Source: Candidatus Bathyarchaeota archaeon (GTDB taxonomy: Archaea > Thermoproteota > Bathyarchaeia > Bathyarchaeales > Bathycorpusculaceae). From it: a DNA stretch of 64,000 nt. Below the pieces are notes generated by a model that saw only the letters and a list, made by a program, of their open reading frames with translations, did no database searches and was not told the DNA's origin. A program made the translations under genes and the position numbers. Where the stretch lies: the NCBI GenBank assembly GCA_963815095.1, contig CAWFFH010000007.1, forward strand, positions 1-64,000, given 5' to 3'. This document shows, one piece after another, positions 33,651 to 43,681 of the stretch (position 1 is its first letter; every line of letters starts with the position of its first letter).

Positions 33651-33675
33651 TTATTTTCACCTACCTCAAGTAGTG

Positions 33676-33697
33676 GTCAGTCGAACCTCAGACTGAC
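33676..33697. promoter_or_regulatory. Inverted repeat between the divergent trmB-like and secreted-protein genes
   Basis: GTCAGTC-N8-GACTGAC, upstream of AT-rich TATA-like sequence. Confidence 0.5.
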
Positions 33698-33749
33698 TAC
33701 AGTTTATGACACGAATAAGTTATTTAATTTACCTAAGGAGCCAAAGTAA

Positions 33750-34595
33750 ATGAAAAGAAAATATCTCAGCTTAAGTATTCTGTTGTTATCAATCTTGGTT
33801 TTTTCGTTGGTAGCAACAGTTGGACAGACATTAGCCTCTACTAAAACCAATCATAAAAACAGCAATCTCATAATTAACGGTGGAACCGGAAGCTTGGTTT
33901 ATCTCAATCTTCCGCCATCAACCCCAACCGCTGCAGTACCAAGTCATCCTTCTGACCTTCAACTTCGATGCTATCACTTCGACAATTCGCCAATGGGTCC
34001 ATTTGATTCAATTATGGTATACCTATGGATCCCTCAAAGAAATAGTTACAATCTTGTTGCATTGATTACAGATGCCCCAAACGTTCAGCTCTTCCAGGAT
34101 TTATGGTACAAGACTTTCATTTGGTATAACACAACTGGAATTGCTAGTCCTGCATTCCTTAACGTAATTCAAGTAACCGATAAAGACCTCCAAATATGGA
34201 CAGAAAATGTAAACCAGGGACACGATGACAGAAAGGATTCAAACAATAACAATGCCAACTTTATTGTTAACTTTACAAAAACAGGTGGAGTAAAAATCAA
34301 CCTTCCATTCAACCTTTGGACAACTTCACCCACTCAGGTCTACGGAGATTTGACTTTCACACTTCCGCCATTGACGCTGAAATTCCGCCCCATTGGAGAC
34401 AGCTACACTGACTCAGGAACCAACGCCACATTACCCTCAGGATACGCGCGACAGCCAATTTCTGAAATGCGAACACCCGCATGGGTTGAAGAAACTGTCC
34501 CATTATGGCTTGGCGCTACGTCTCCCCTTGAAGTCTGTGGACACATTGACTATCACTTCAGCGAAGTCATAACTCCACCTATACCACAAGCATAG
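33750..34595 (+). CDS. Secreted hypothetical protein similar to the C-terminal domain of the adjacent TrmB regulator
   Basis: Signal peptide MKRKYLSLSILLLS...; colinear shared motifs (see findings). Oligo-T terminator at about 34618-34634. Confidence 0.75.
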   Translation: MKRKYLSLSILLLSILVFSLVATVGQTLASTKTNHKNSNLIINGGTGSLVYLNLPPSTPTAAVPSHPSDLQLRCYHFDNSPMGPFDSIMVYLWIPQRNSYNLVALITDAPNVQLFQDLWYKTFIWYNTTGIASPAFLNVIQVTDKDLQIWTENVNQGHDDRKDSNNNNANFIVNFTKTGGVKINLPFNLWTTSPTQVYGDLTFTLPPLTLKFRPIGDSYTDSGTNATLPSGYARQPISEMRTPAWVEETVPLWLGATSPLEVCGHIDYHFSEVITPPIPQA

Positions 34596-34667
34596 CACAC
34601 AAAGCAAACCAACAATCTTCTTTTTTCTTTTTTTATCTAATACCAACGAGAGCGGGCATGATCTATC

Positions 34668-34973
34668 TTGGAAAGACTCGTTAAAGAACTCATAAGTTTA
34701 GGTTTAACCTCAGACGAAGCACATATCTATGTTTTTTTCGCACAAAACATTTTCGACAAGGAAAAAGTTTTAATCAAACTTGGAATTGGGGAAATAGAAT
34801 TAACAGATAACGTTCTACGGTTAATGGAAAAAGGCTTCATTAGAATTAAGCTTAGAGATTTAAACAGTGTTTCAGTGGTGCCGTTGGATATTGTTATGGA
34901 AGGGTTAATCAAAGAAAAACTAAAAGTAGTCCAAAAAATCAAAGGCGAAATCAAAGAACACAAGTTTCCTTAA
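34668..34973 (+). CDS. Small TrmB-like HTH protein
   Basis: LISLGLTSDEAHIYVFF...LMEKGFI...VVPLD. Confidence 0.6.
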   Translation: MERLVKELISLGLTSDEAHIYVFFAQNIFDKEKVLIKLGIGEIELTDNVLRLMEKGFIRIKLRDLNSVSVVPLDIVMEGLIKEKLKVVQKIKGEIKEHKFP

Positions 34974-35031
34974 TATTTGTCGATCCATGCACGCATAATC
35001 TTAAAGCAACCCCTAAAATTAATCGACATCT

Positions 35032-35160
35032 AATCAACTATTTTGTTTTACTAGCGACTGCTATTTCTTTTTGTATTTCTTCTTCAGATATCTTCAATGA
35101 TTTTTTATCCATCACTTGGAAGATCTCAGCAAATTCTTTCTTTAGGATTGAGCGCTCAAT
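35032..35160 (-). pseudogene. 3' remnant of an AbrB/MazE antitoxin gene
   Basis: Close match to 48401-48530 (LKKEFAEIFQVMDKKSLKISEEEIQKEIAVASKTK). Confidence 0.75.
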
Positions 35161-35227
35161 TGTAAATAGCGCCCTTATACTCGTTTAAGCTACAATATTT
35201 TTGCCTTTTTTGGTGGAATAAAATTCA

Positions 35228-35599
35228 ATGTGGTGCCTTTTAATTCATGACAATTATATCAAGCTAATTCTTGGTAAGCAAAAAGTCTGGGAAGTCAGGA
35301 CTCAAAAATTGTTTAATGTTGGAGAAAGGATTGCGTTGGGAAACAATTAAACTAAGCTGATTGAAGGGGTTGCGACTGTTTCGGAAGTTAAGAGAGTGAC
35401 TGTGGCAACGATGAAAAGGCATAATGATATGCATTTGGCAAACGATTTCATAACGAAGCGTTGGAACAATAGAAATTGCCTCTATGCTTTTGTTTTATCA
35501 CAGGTTACTGGAAATGTCCTTAAAGAAATGTATCCACCTTCGCATGGTAATCATAAAGTTCGTTTAATTCAAAAGTCGCTCTTCCAAGAAAAAGTTTAA
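35228..35599 (+). pseudogene. ASCH/PUA-like domain protein with internal stop
   Basis: MWCLLIHDNYIKLILGKQKVWEVR...GERIALGNN*TKLIEGVATV...LYAFVL; TAA at 35348-35350. Confidence 0.6.
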
Positions 35600-35810
35600 C
35601 TCGAGTGACATCGTAAGAACTTTACATTAATTCGTCGAACATGCTATCGGATTTCTCATTTAGTCGGTTGCAAATTCATCAATTACCTCTTCAGTGGTTT
35701 TGTCAAAACTCAAAGTATCACGCCATTTTTGCTTGCGGAATAATAATTGAAGGGCAAAGCAAGTCGAAAACTCTAATGCAGAACGCAAGTATACCGAAGC
35801 TAAAAAATAA

Positions 35811-36095
35811 TTAATTAAATTTAAAGCCCTTAGTATCTAATTCTTTCAGATAATTTTCCATTGAAAATGGACAATTAACTAAGTCTATAAATTGTTTCTT
35901 CTCAAGTTTTACTTGTATGGACATTCTATTTATTAGATAATCATCAACTTCACTACTTCCATGGCTCATTTTAGTTCTAATTGGTGTTTTTAACCCGTTA
36001 ACACAAAAAATCAAAAAGGTATGGTCGCTTTCGGATTGACAGAATCCCTTTTTCTCTAAACCTCTGATAACATCTTTCACTTTAAGGACAGTCAT
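35811..36095 (-). CDS. HicA-like toxin
   Basis: LKVKDVIRGLEKKGF...SDHTF...TKMSHG; 94 aa. Confidence 0.65.
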   Translation of the reverse strand: MTVLKVKDVIRGLEKKGFCQSESDHTFLIFCVNGLKTPIRTKMSHGSSEVDDYLINRMSIQVKLEKKQFIDLVNCPFSMENYLKELDTKGFKFN

Positions 36096-36109
36096 TTATT
36101 CAGAGCGCC

Positions 36110-36646
36110 TTATTGTCTTACATAAGCCAAAATTTTACGTTTGAGTTCTTTAGCATCACTTGTTAATTTACTATCTTCTTCTTTACCATATTCATTCAAT
36201 ACGAACAAAATTTCATCTTTAAAGTCTTTGATACAATTCTCCAGGTCGACTGCCATAGTAATGATACCTAACTCTTCATTCTGACAAACAAAACCATTCT
36301 CGTTGTTAGTAACTCTAGCAAAAATAGATTGATTAAAGGAAAGTATCTTTTCTCCGATATCGATATGGTCTAATGCGATAAAGTAAACTGATGGTATTTT
36401 TTGAATAGAACTAAGTGATGCCACTACTGCATTTGAGGAAAATACCGAAAAAGTTGTCCCAGATGTAACATACACCCCTGAAGTAGCGGATACACCGACG
36501 GAAGATTGTTGAGTAAAGTTGATTGAACCTGCATTTATTTTTTGTAATTGTGGTAATTGGAATGTTGCAAATGAAGCATTATGTTTTCCACTCAAAAATT
36601 GATGCGTTGGTTGAGTTAATTGTATGGTATTACTCATGTATTTCAA
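36110..36646 (-). CDS. HicB-like partner protein with Ser/Thr-rich N-terminus
   Basis: NEELGII...LENCIKDF...Y..EEDSKLTSDAKELK. Upstream of the HicA-like gene. Confidence 0.5.
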   Translation of the reverse strand: MKYMSNTIQLTQPTHQFLSGKHNASFATFQLPQLQKINAGSINFTQQSSVGVSATSGVYVTSGTTFSVFSSNAVVASLSSIQKIPSVYFIALDHIDIGEKILSFNQSIFARVTNNENGFVCQNEELGIITMAVDLENCIKDFKDEILFVLNEYGKEEDSKLTSDAKELKRKILAYVRQ

Positions 36647-37001
36647 CTAAATTTAATGTTCCATTTTCTCGAATTGTTAGTTTCCATTTTGAGCCTACCT
36701 TGTAAGGAACGGTATTGGTTTTTACAAGCAATGACATTTCATTTATAGCTATTTGATTACCCATGAAGGTTCCCCTTGTTTCAGCGGGCATACGGCTAAG
36801 TATCTCAGGAGTGTTCTTAGTATAATATCCGAAAACTACTTGGTAAATGAAGTCACCCGAAACTATTTCCGTAAGTAATGTGACGCTCGTAACACAGAGT
36901 ATCTTTTCTATAGTATTAGGCATAACTAAACACTTTACAGTTATTTTATTAGACCAAAGTAACATAAATAGGTTATACCTTAAGGAGAATACTTCCACCA
37001 T
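36630..37001 (-). CDS. Hypothetical protein
   Basis: ORF overlapping the next gene's start; true start may be near MPNTIEK. Confidence 0.4.
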   Translation of the reverse strand: MVEVFSLRYNLFMLLWSNKITVKCLVMPNTIEKILCVTSVTLLTEIVSGDFIYQVVFGYYTKNTPEILSRMPAETRGTFMGNQIAINEMSLLVKTNTVPYKVGSKWKLTIRENGTLNLVEIHE

Positions 37002-37160
37002 AACAGACGAAAGTTTATATGAATCCCCAAACTACCGCGGACTTTACAGAACCAAATAACACAGGGCTTTTATAATCATCGTAGAGATTGTATGGCATGG
37101 GTTTTTGGAGTTGTTTGGATCGCCACCTATGCCTACCCCTTACCCCTTTCACAACACACA

Positions 37161-37822
37161 ATTTTGGGAATAGAGTCTATAGGGATTTGATATCGACGAA
37201 TATGTCTGTTACGCATTTGTTTAGCAAGTGTTCTTTTAAGCCAAGGCACCGATGTAGTAGCCGTATTGCGCCTTTCCATTCATCGACTGTTTTTGGCTCA
37301 TCCATGTCGGTGTCATTAAGTAAACATTAACTAGCCAAGTTCCTCATACCCGTTTTCCTTAAGAAAGTTAATGTGGGCTAATCGGTTTGCGTATTGGTAG
37401 AAGGGTTTGGTCCAGTCGTAGCTTTCTTTTACTCCGAAGTGTTTCTTTGTTTTATTGAGGCTTTTGTTGATTTTTTCGATTGATGTTGGGTTGCTTGCTT
37501 TGAGGTCTGAGATAAGCTCTGTTATGTGACTTTTAGCTTCAACTAGGAACAGTTTGCCTGAGCTACTTTTAGCTAATGCATCCCAACGGGGACCACTTGC
37601 TGGCCAGAAATCCGCGAGCTTAGACTTCAGTTGTTGAATTTCAAGAGCATAAAGAAAATCTTCGTCTTTATACTCAATATAATGATCGATTGCAAGGGGC
37701 TAGTGCCACTGTATTTCCTCATCTGTAGGTAGCGATAGGATTGTTTTGATTTGATTTTTTAGAACGTCTGTTTTTTGGTTGACCAGGAATTGAATCCATT
37801 TTTGACTGCCCTTAGTTGCCAT
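37161..37822 (-). pseudogene. PD-(D/E)XK nuclease-like gene, the near full-length counterpart of the dispersed 3'-end repeat (copy 4)
   Basis: MATKGSQKWIQ...FWPASGPRWDAL...LFLVEAKSHI...FYQYANRLAH...EPKTVDEWKGAIRLLHRCLGLKEHLL..VTDIFVDIKSL, with stops and indels. GGAGGT Shine-Dalgarno upstream. Confidence 0.75.
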
Positions 37823-37857
37823 TGAAGCATACCTCCTTATGAGAATTCAGTTTGAAT

Positions 37858-38457
37858 CTAATCTTTGCTGATATACCACATGAAACCATCTATGGTAGTC
37901 AGATCTTTCTTAAATTCGGCTGCAAGTTTAGTTAATGCTGCATTTATTGCCATGTAGTTCCACTCCAGCGTTACCCGTAATTGGTGGCATTTGCCCAATT
38001 TTCTTTAACGCATCCTCGCTTCTACTATTCCATACGCCGTATAAGTCAGGTTTGAAAGTGTGTAGTAATCCTGTTAGTATGTTTTTTCCTACTCCTTGGC
38101 AGTGGTGAATTCCTTGCAGCCCTTCTTTGACACTCGTTTCGATGCTGATGGATTCATCCTGTAAGTAAACTATCAAATCCCTTAGTTGTTCTGGCTCTGA
38201 TAATGCCTCTAATCCGCTTCGGTAAAGAGTTGACCAGGATTGGTTGAATCTAAAATGGAGAAAATCGCTGAAATCCTTTTTCCACTGCTCGCCTTCTTTC
38301 AATCTTTCTGGGGCAAACTTTTCACGGTATTTCGCGTAAGCCCTTTTGCGGGCAAATAGTCATAAACGTTGCTGAAGGATAATCCTTCAACTTTGATTTC
38401 TTCTAGATTATTGTAGTCTTCAAAGAGAATCTTGTAATCTAATTTGGGGGAAGACAT
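37858..38457 (-). CDS. Hypothetical protein, possibly restriction-associated, frameshifted
   Basis: GVGKNILTGLLHTFKPDLYGVWNSRSEDALKKIG and IDGFMWY. Confidence 0.45.
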
Positions 38458-38747
38458 TGCGACTCAACTCTGAATAAGTGGTATTGTTGTAAATTGCTTA
38501 TATAATTACTCAAGCGCTCTCACGACAATTTTCGACCCTACCGCTATCTCCTCTATCATCAGGAAAGTTGAATCTAAAAAGAGCTGGGAATACAACCACT
38601 GCAACCAGAGCTGCATGTGCTGTTTAGGGTAGTGTAAAGAGAATCAGAGTTTTTTTAAGAGTTGATAAATAGGTTTTGTAATCTTTGGGTTAATGGTGGA
38701 GGATTAACTTTAATTCAATTTGTGTATATTCTACTCAGACTATAGCT

Positions 38748-39544
38748 ATACTGAGTTTGGAGTTATGGTATGCTGAAGTGGAGAGTAGTGAAGGTTTCTT
38801 GTCTGTAACTGTGGAGCCATATACTGTATTCTCCTGAAGGTATAGTTGTGTTAAATTCTAGAGTTAATATTTTCTCTGACGCGGCTGGTAATCTGGCTGC
38901 ATATTGAAATGTCCAGTATGGATAGCCGGGCCAGTTTGCTGGGTTATTTGTGCTATTTTGAACCTCAACTTCTTTTCCTATAATTGATGCTACGGTGTTT
39001 TGGTTGTTGTCTTTGATGTATGCGTTGTCAAACCGTATTTCTGCCATGTAGAATGATTTTGCTTTGAGTGAGAGAATGAGTGGATTTGTGGCAATTACTG
39101 AAACGTCGGTTATAGCCATTCTTTCTGGCGGCGAGCTCATTATGGGGTAGGTTGTCGCAAAAGATATAGAAAAAAGCAAGGTAACTACTAACAATGGAAT
39201 CAACGCAACTGTAAGTGCCGCAAATAGGGTTCTTTTTTTCTTTATTTTTCGCCTTTCAATGCCTAATATTCCAACCGTCAAAAATCCTGTTCCAGCGATT
39301 AAAAAGAGGACCCAGATTTTCAGAAAAATGAAGCAGGTATTAGAGCTTCAATTGTTAAGATTTCAGCTGACAAAGTACGAGCTAAATAAAAAACCGTGAA
39401 GAAAAAAGTGAGTAAAGCAATGCCCAAAGCTGTAAGGAATCCAAAAATCAGCGTGTATGGCTTCAACATTGGTTTCAACTGTATCCTATCATAGCTGATA
39501 TAAGGTTTCTGAATCCTGGATTATCTGTATACTCGACTCCGACT
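38748..39544. repeat. ~800-bp direct duplication, copy B
   Basis: Near-identical to 24133-24932; substitutions in the ORF are mostly conservative. Confidence 0.95.
38763..39281 (-). CDS. Membrane-anchored hypothetical protein, copy B
   Basis: Nearly the same protein as 24148-24645. Confidence 0.6.
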   Translation of the reverse strand: MTVGILGIERRKIKKKRTLFAALTVALIPLLVVTLLFSISFATTYPIMSSPPERMAITDVSVIATNPLILSLKAKSFYMAEIRFDNAYIKDNNQNTVASIIGKEVEVQNSTNNPANWPGYPYWTFQYAARLPAASEKILTLEFNTTIPSGEYSIWLHSYRQETFTTLHFSIP

Positions 39545-40218
39545 ATTCCTATATGATATTTTTTCTAAGCTATGCCGAACCGTGTCTACGTAGATTAGAA
39601 TCTTTTTTCCGTTTCCCTGCGGCACGTGAAATAGATGGTTGGATTACAATTTAATATACTGTGAAATGGCGCTATAGCGTTTTTCTAAAATTTAACTTTT
39701 TAAAAAAAAAGAGACCGAAAGAAGCTACAATTAAGAAGTAATCTTAATTTAACAAAATATATAAAAAAAGGAAATTTTGGATTTGAATTTTTCTATAGTC
39801 CAAATAACCCTGTAGCTTTGACGCTTATTAACCTGCCAAAGTTTTTATTGAAACCACGCCTTTTCAAGTCAAAAACCTACCAAACAAGGCAAAACATCAT
39901 CCAAAACAAGTCAAAACACGCCAAAAAACGACAAAATATGGAACCGAAAAAACCCCAAAAACAACCGCTTAACCAAAAACCACCCCAAACTAACCAATTC
40001 CAACACCCCAAAACCCCATTTACAACAGACACATTCATCATAAATTGGAACTTTCCGCCAAATTTTACCAAACAAAACATAACATTTCACACATCAAACC
40101 ACACTTTTTGTCGCACACCCTTAGTAGTCTTAAAAAGAGATTGCGTGAACAAGTTTAAGAGGAATCTTAATGGTTGATTACGTTAAACTACTTACTTCGC
40201 TTATTATAATATCGGTAA

Positions 40219-40265
40219 CTAAAAATTTCGATTTGGTATTGAAGCGAGTGTAAGTGTGTAGACTT
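40219..40265 (-). pseudogene. Fragment of the helicase C-terminus
   Basis: CTAAAAATTTCGATTTGGTATTGAAGCGAGTGTA matches 19469-19502 (YTRFNTKSKFL). Confidence 0.75.
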
Positions 40266-40293
40266 ATCCTGTACCACCTATCTGCCGAAGATC

Positions 40294-40908
40294 TTATCCT
40301 TTTCTTCGGGCTCCACAGTTTGGGCAGAATACGGATGTTTGAGGCATTAATCCGCCACAGTAAGAGCAAGGAATCAAAACAACTTCCCTTGTAACTTCCT
40401 TCATAATCGCTGGAGAGGTTAGACTTGTCTGGGGTTTTGCGATTTGCACTTCGTATTCTTGGGTTTGAATATTTGGGCGTCCATTTGACTCGATGATTGC
40501 AAGTAACATCCATTTGACGTTATGATCGATACTGTAGAGTGTCTCTTGGGCAGCGAATGATGTGTCAATTGCGTAGTTGTACGAGCCAGTGAAGCCTTGA
40601 GGTATGGTTGAGGCGCCAAATATTTTGCAGCAAGCAGTGTATACTTCTGCTTTGTCCCAGTATTCGTTTTGTTGGGTTCCGTATTGGCTGCTCCAGGTTT
40701 TGGTTTTTTTTATGCACTCGTTGCAGCTCAAATGCACTGTTACTTGGTTGGCTACGAATTCTTCATCTGAGGTTACTTTTATTTTTCCTTTAACTTGTTC
40801 CCCAAGCAGAACCTGCGATTTGTCAGCGTACAATTCAATTTTTGCTTTGGGCGGAGTTGCCCAGGGTGGACTTAGAATGTTTGAGAGCCAATTTGGACAC
40901 ATAAGCAT
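40294..40908 (-). CDS. Arrestin/SpoOM-like beta-sandwich plus zinc ribbon
   Basis: GEQVKGKIKV...VKWML.A; C-terminal PCSYCG...FCPNCGA. Confidence 0.6.
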   Translation of the reverse strand: MLMCPNWLSNILSPPWATPPKAKIELYADKSQVLLGEQVKGKIKVTSDEEFVANQVTVHLSCNECIKKTKTWSSQYGTQQNEYWDKAEVYTACCKIFGASTIPQGFTGSYNYAIDTSFAAQETLYSIDHNVKWMLLAIIESNGRPNIQTQEYEVQIAKPQTSLTSPAIMKEVTREVVLIPCSYCGGLMPQTSVFCPNCGARRKG

Positions 40909-40997
40909 CGCGCTTCTTTGGTATTATTGACTTAGGGCTTATCTTAAAAGACTTATGAATCAACAATTCCAAACTCCACTCAAACAAAGAAAACCAT

Positions 40998-41354
40998 CTA
41001 TGAAACTATGCGTATTCTTCTTTTAGTGACGATCACAAGTTGTTTTTGTACGTTTTTTAGGTTTAGCTTTAATTGGGCCTTATCAAGGGCTTGAATGATG
41101 CTTTGGGTCGTTCCCTCTTTGGTGTTGACGAGTATAACTGCAAGGTTGCGTTTGTAAAGGGTATGGTACATCTTGGCAAAGTCGACGTCTTGTGTCAGAA
41201 CCGCCATGTTGTTTTGCATTGCGAATTCCGCTATCTTCTTGTCATTTGCTCCTCGGAGGTTGGCATCCGCTAATGTTACTATTTCAAAGCCTTTCTGCTT
41301 GAGCCAATCCATAACGCGTTTTGGTATATTTTGGTCAATGAGAATTTTTGCCAA
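40998..41354 (-). CDS. DUF5615 PIN-like toxin (VapC45-like)
   Basis: KILIDQNIP, GANDKKIAEFA and VLTQDVDF. TTG start at 41354. Confidence 0.85.
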   Translation of the reverse strand: MAKILIDQNIPKRVMDWLKQKGFEIVTLADANLRGANDKKIAEFAMQNNMAVLTQDVDFAKMYHTLYKRNLAVILVNTKEGTTQSIIQALDKAQLKLNLKNVQKQLVIVTKRRIRIVS

Positions 41355-41371
41355 AACGCTTTCCTCGGCTC

Positions 41372-41596
41372 TTAAACAGGAATAACTTCTTCGCGACCAA
41401 GGCATTCGGAGGCATATAAGAGGGCAGCTTTAATGTCTTCTTTTTTCAAGTCCGGGTAGTCATTTAGTATTTCGGTTTCTGTTGCCCCATTTGCCAAAAG
41501 TTGAACAATCAGTTGCACTGTAATGCGGGTACCCTTAATGACTGGTTTACCAACCATAACGTTTGGGTCTATGGTTATTCTATCCATCGGCTCCAT
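41372..41596 (-). CDS. DUF433 antitoxin
   Basis: RITIDPNVMVGKPVIKGTRITV...EILNDYPDL..EDIKAAL.YA. Confidence 0.92.
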   Translation of the reverse strand: MEPMDRITIDPNVMVGKPVIKGTRITVQLIVQLLANGATETEILNDYPDLKKEDIKAALLYASECLGREEVIPV

Positions 41597-41767
41597 TCAA
41601 ATCACCAATTTTACATCCAGCAACTTGTGGATATTTGTCTGCTCCTGGTATATGAGCATATGCACATTGCAGACCACTAAAATTAAATCAATCCTTAACC
41701 AATTAAACCAAAAGAAGGCTTCATCAAAATGCCCCCAAAGAAGCTGCCTAAAAGTGTAGTTCACCGC

Positions 41768-41866
41768 ATGGCGAAGGGTTACAGAGAATTTGCAGATGAA
41801 GATCTGAAGATAGCTAAGGATTTTGAACAGGTCGAAAACGAACTGGATGAAGAATGCGATGCATAG
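41768..41866 (+). pseudogene. MazE/EndoAI-like antitoxin C-terminal part
   Basis: MAKGYREFADEDLKIAKDFEQVENE, directly upstream of the MazF remnant. Confidence 0.55.
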
Positions 41867-42070
41867 ATAACAAGCAATCTAACCAGAAAAGACTTTCCAA
41901 CCAACGTTTTTATTAATGCAAAAGAAACAGGGCTCACCTCCGACTCCGTTGTTCTCCTCAACCAAATAAGGACGGTGGACAAAACTCGATTACAAAAGAA
42001 AATAGGGTCAGTACCTAAACTCAAAATGATAGAAGTTGATGAAGCTCTAAAAATCAGCTTAAACCTCTGA
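41867..42070 (+). pseudogene. mazF: MazF/PemK toxin, N-terminal half deleted
   Basis: ITS...FPTNVFI....TGLTSDSVVLLNQIRTVDKTRL.KKIG...EVDEALKISL; no start codon or N-terminal half. Confidence 0.8.
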
Positions 42071-42078
42071 CATCTTGC

Positions 42079-42115
42079 TTAATTGATTGTTTTTCGAGTT
42101 GTCGCTATTTCTTTT
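42079..42115 (-). pseudogene. Third AbrB 3' stub
   Basis: KEIATTRKTIN* matches KEIAAVRKTK* at 48407. Confidence 0.5.
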
Positions 42116-42575
42116 TGGAGGGAATGAGGCTTGAAGAATTTACAAGGGATGTTATTGGTAGAACCAAAGACGAAATCCTGGTGGCTAATCCTTACGTTGA
42201 TAGTTGTTACCTTACGACTGCTTTGCAGGAGGCAAGAGAGAGGCGGGTGAATGTTCGAATTGTTACCAGAAGACCGACAAAAGAGAAAAGCGACATTACA
42301 AAATTGGAATGTCATGCAACTTTGAGGAAAAAAGGAGTCACCATTCATTACATTAATACTATCCACTCGAAAATTATTTTAGTGGATCGCAAAATGGCGA
42401 TTTTGTCTTCAATGAATTTGTATAGTGGTTCAGCAGGGGAGGCGTGCTTGAAGCTGGAATTGTCTCCTTTGAAAGCAAGGTTGTTGAAGCTATGACAAAA
42501 TACATTACTGATTTGCTAGAAAAAACAGAATTCCCAGGCATAACCTACTACAATAAATATTATGAACACCGCTGA
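42106..42575 (+). pseudogene. 5'-truncated copy of the PLD nuclease gene
   Basis: Closely matches 18887-19360 (EGMRLEEF...HSKIIL.D) and lacks the zinc-binding repeats. Confidence 0.85.
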
Positions 42576-42745
42576 TTTAAGAAAACAATCCCACTACACT
42601 TTTTCGTTGCTTTTTTTGTCATAGCTGGGTTTCCCCTATTCGATTTTTCCCAATACTGCCAATACAGTTGGCTTTTCCACCTAAACCTTTCTCAAGTTCG
42701 GATGCGACCGTTAGGCTAATTAATTCAAAAGACCGATAAAGAACT

Positions 42746-43597
42746 ATGAGAAAGGAGGAAATAACAATAAATTATAAAGAAAGACAGGAAATAATTGCTA
42801 AATCCCCCATATCTCTTGGATACCTAAAAAATTTCAATATAGGCGCAGGAACACTGCAGCTGATTAATGGCATTGCAATTCTGGCTTTGACCTTTCTTTT
42901 GACTTGGCCTAAAGGAACCGACATCTACACATTCTACCTCACATTCGCACATGTTAGCCCAACTAATCCGGCGATTTTCGCTGTGCCAAACCCCCAAGTT
43001 CTCTTCACCGTAACTCATCTAGGGTTGCTGCTTGCCGCTTTCCCACTGATCTCAGCATTCGCACATTTCATTATTGCTTTCCCGAAAAACAAAGCCTACA
43101 ACGAAAACCTCAAAAAAGGAATGAACCCCTACCGATGGTATGAATACGCCCTCTCAAGCTCGATAATGATCTGGATAATTGCAACTTTTGTTGGAATCTG
43201 GGACTTCTGGTCACTAGCAATGATGTTTGTTTTAAACGCCATGATGATAATGTTTGGTTATCTCATGGAGTTGGTGAATCAGAAAACGGAGAAAACCAAC
43301 TGGTCATCGTTTATTTTAGGATGCATATCCGGCGGTTTTCCCTGGGTGGTCCTGTTTGCCTACTTCGGAGGCGCTGTAGCCTCAAGTGCAGGCAATGTTC
43401 CAAACTTCGTTTATGTTATCTTCGTTGTATATCTGGCGCTGTTCATGAGCTTTGCAGTCAACCAAGTTCTGCAATACAAGGCTGTAGGTAAATGGAGAGA
43501 CTATCTTTATGGCGAAAGAACCTACATTGTCCTAAGTTTCATAGCGAAAACATTTCTAGTTTGGTTAGTGTTTATAGGGCTATTCAAACCCTTCTAA
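42746..43597 (+). CDS. heR: Heliorhodopsin
   Basis: Seven TM helices; NPYRWYEYALSSSIM, GYLME, LQY, GERTYIVLSFIAK with the retinal-binding Lys in SxxAK. Confidence 0.93.
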   Translation: MRKEEITINYKERQEIIAKSPISLGYLKNFNIGAGTLQLINGIAILALTFLLTWPKGTDIYTFYLTFAHVSPTNPAIFAVPNPQVLFTVTHLGLLLAAFPLISAFAHFIIAFPKNKAYNENLKKGMNPYRWYEYALSSSIMIWIIATFVGIWDFWSLAMMFVLNAMMIMFGYLMELVNQKTEKTNWSSFILGCISGGFPWVVLFAYFGGAVASSAGNVPNFVYVIFVVYLALFMSFAVNQVLQYKAVGKWRDYLYGERTYIVLSFIAKTFLVWLVFIGLFKPF

Positions 43598-43681
43598 CTC
43601 CATCCTTTTTTTTAATACATTTTTTAAGCTTTGAAAAAACAAAAACAATTAAAAACCGATCTATAAAAATGTGGTGAAGGT

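Noticed and set aside
37161-37822. In-frame TAG codons as pyrrolysine or readthrough
   Set aside because: The same gene also has indels, and the ASCH pseudogene has an in-frame TAA. Decay explains both.
39818-40177. 119-aa K/Q/N/P-rich ORF and its antisense partner
   Set aside because: Low-complexity A/C-rich tract with no recognisable motif.
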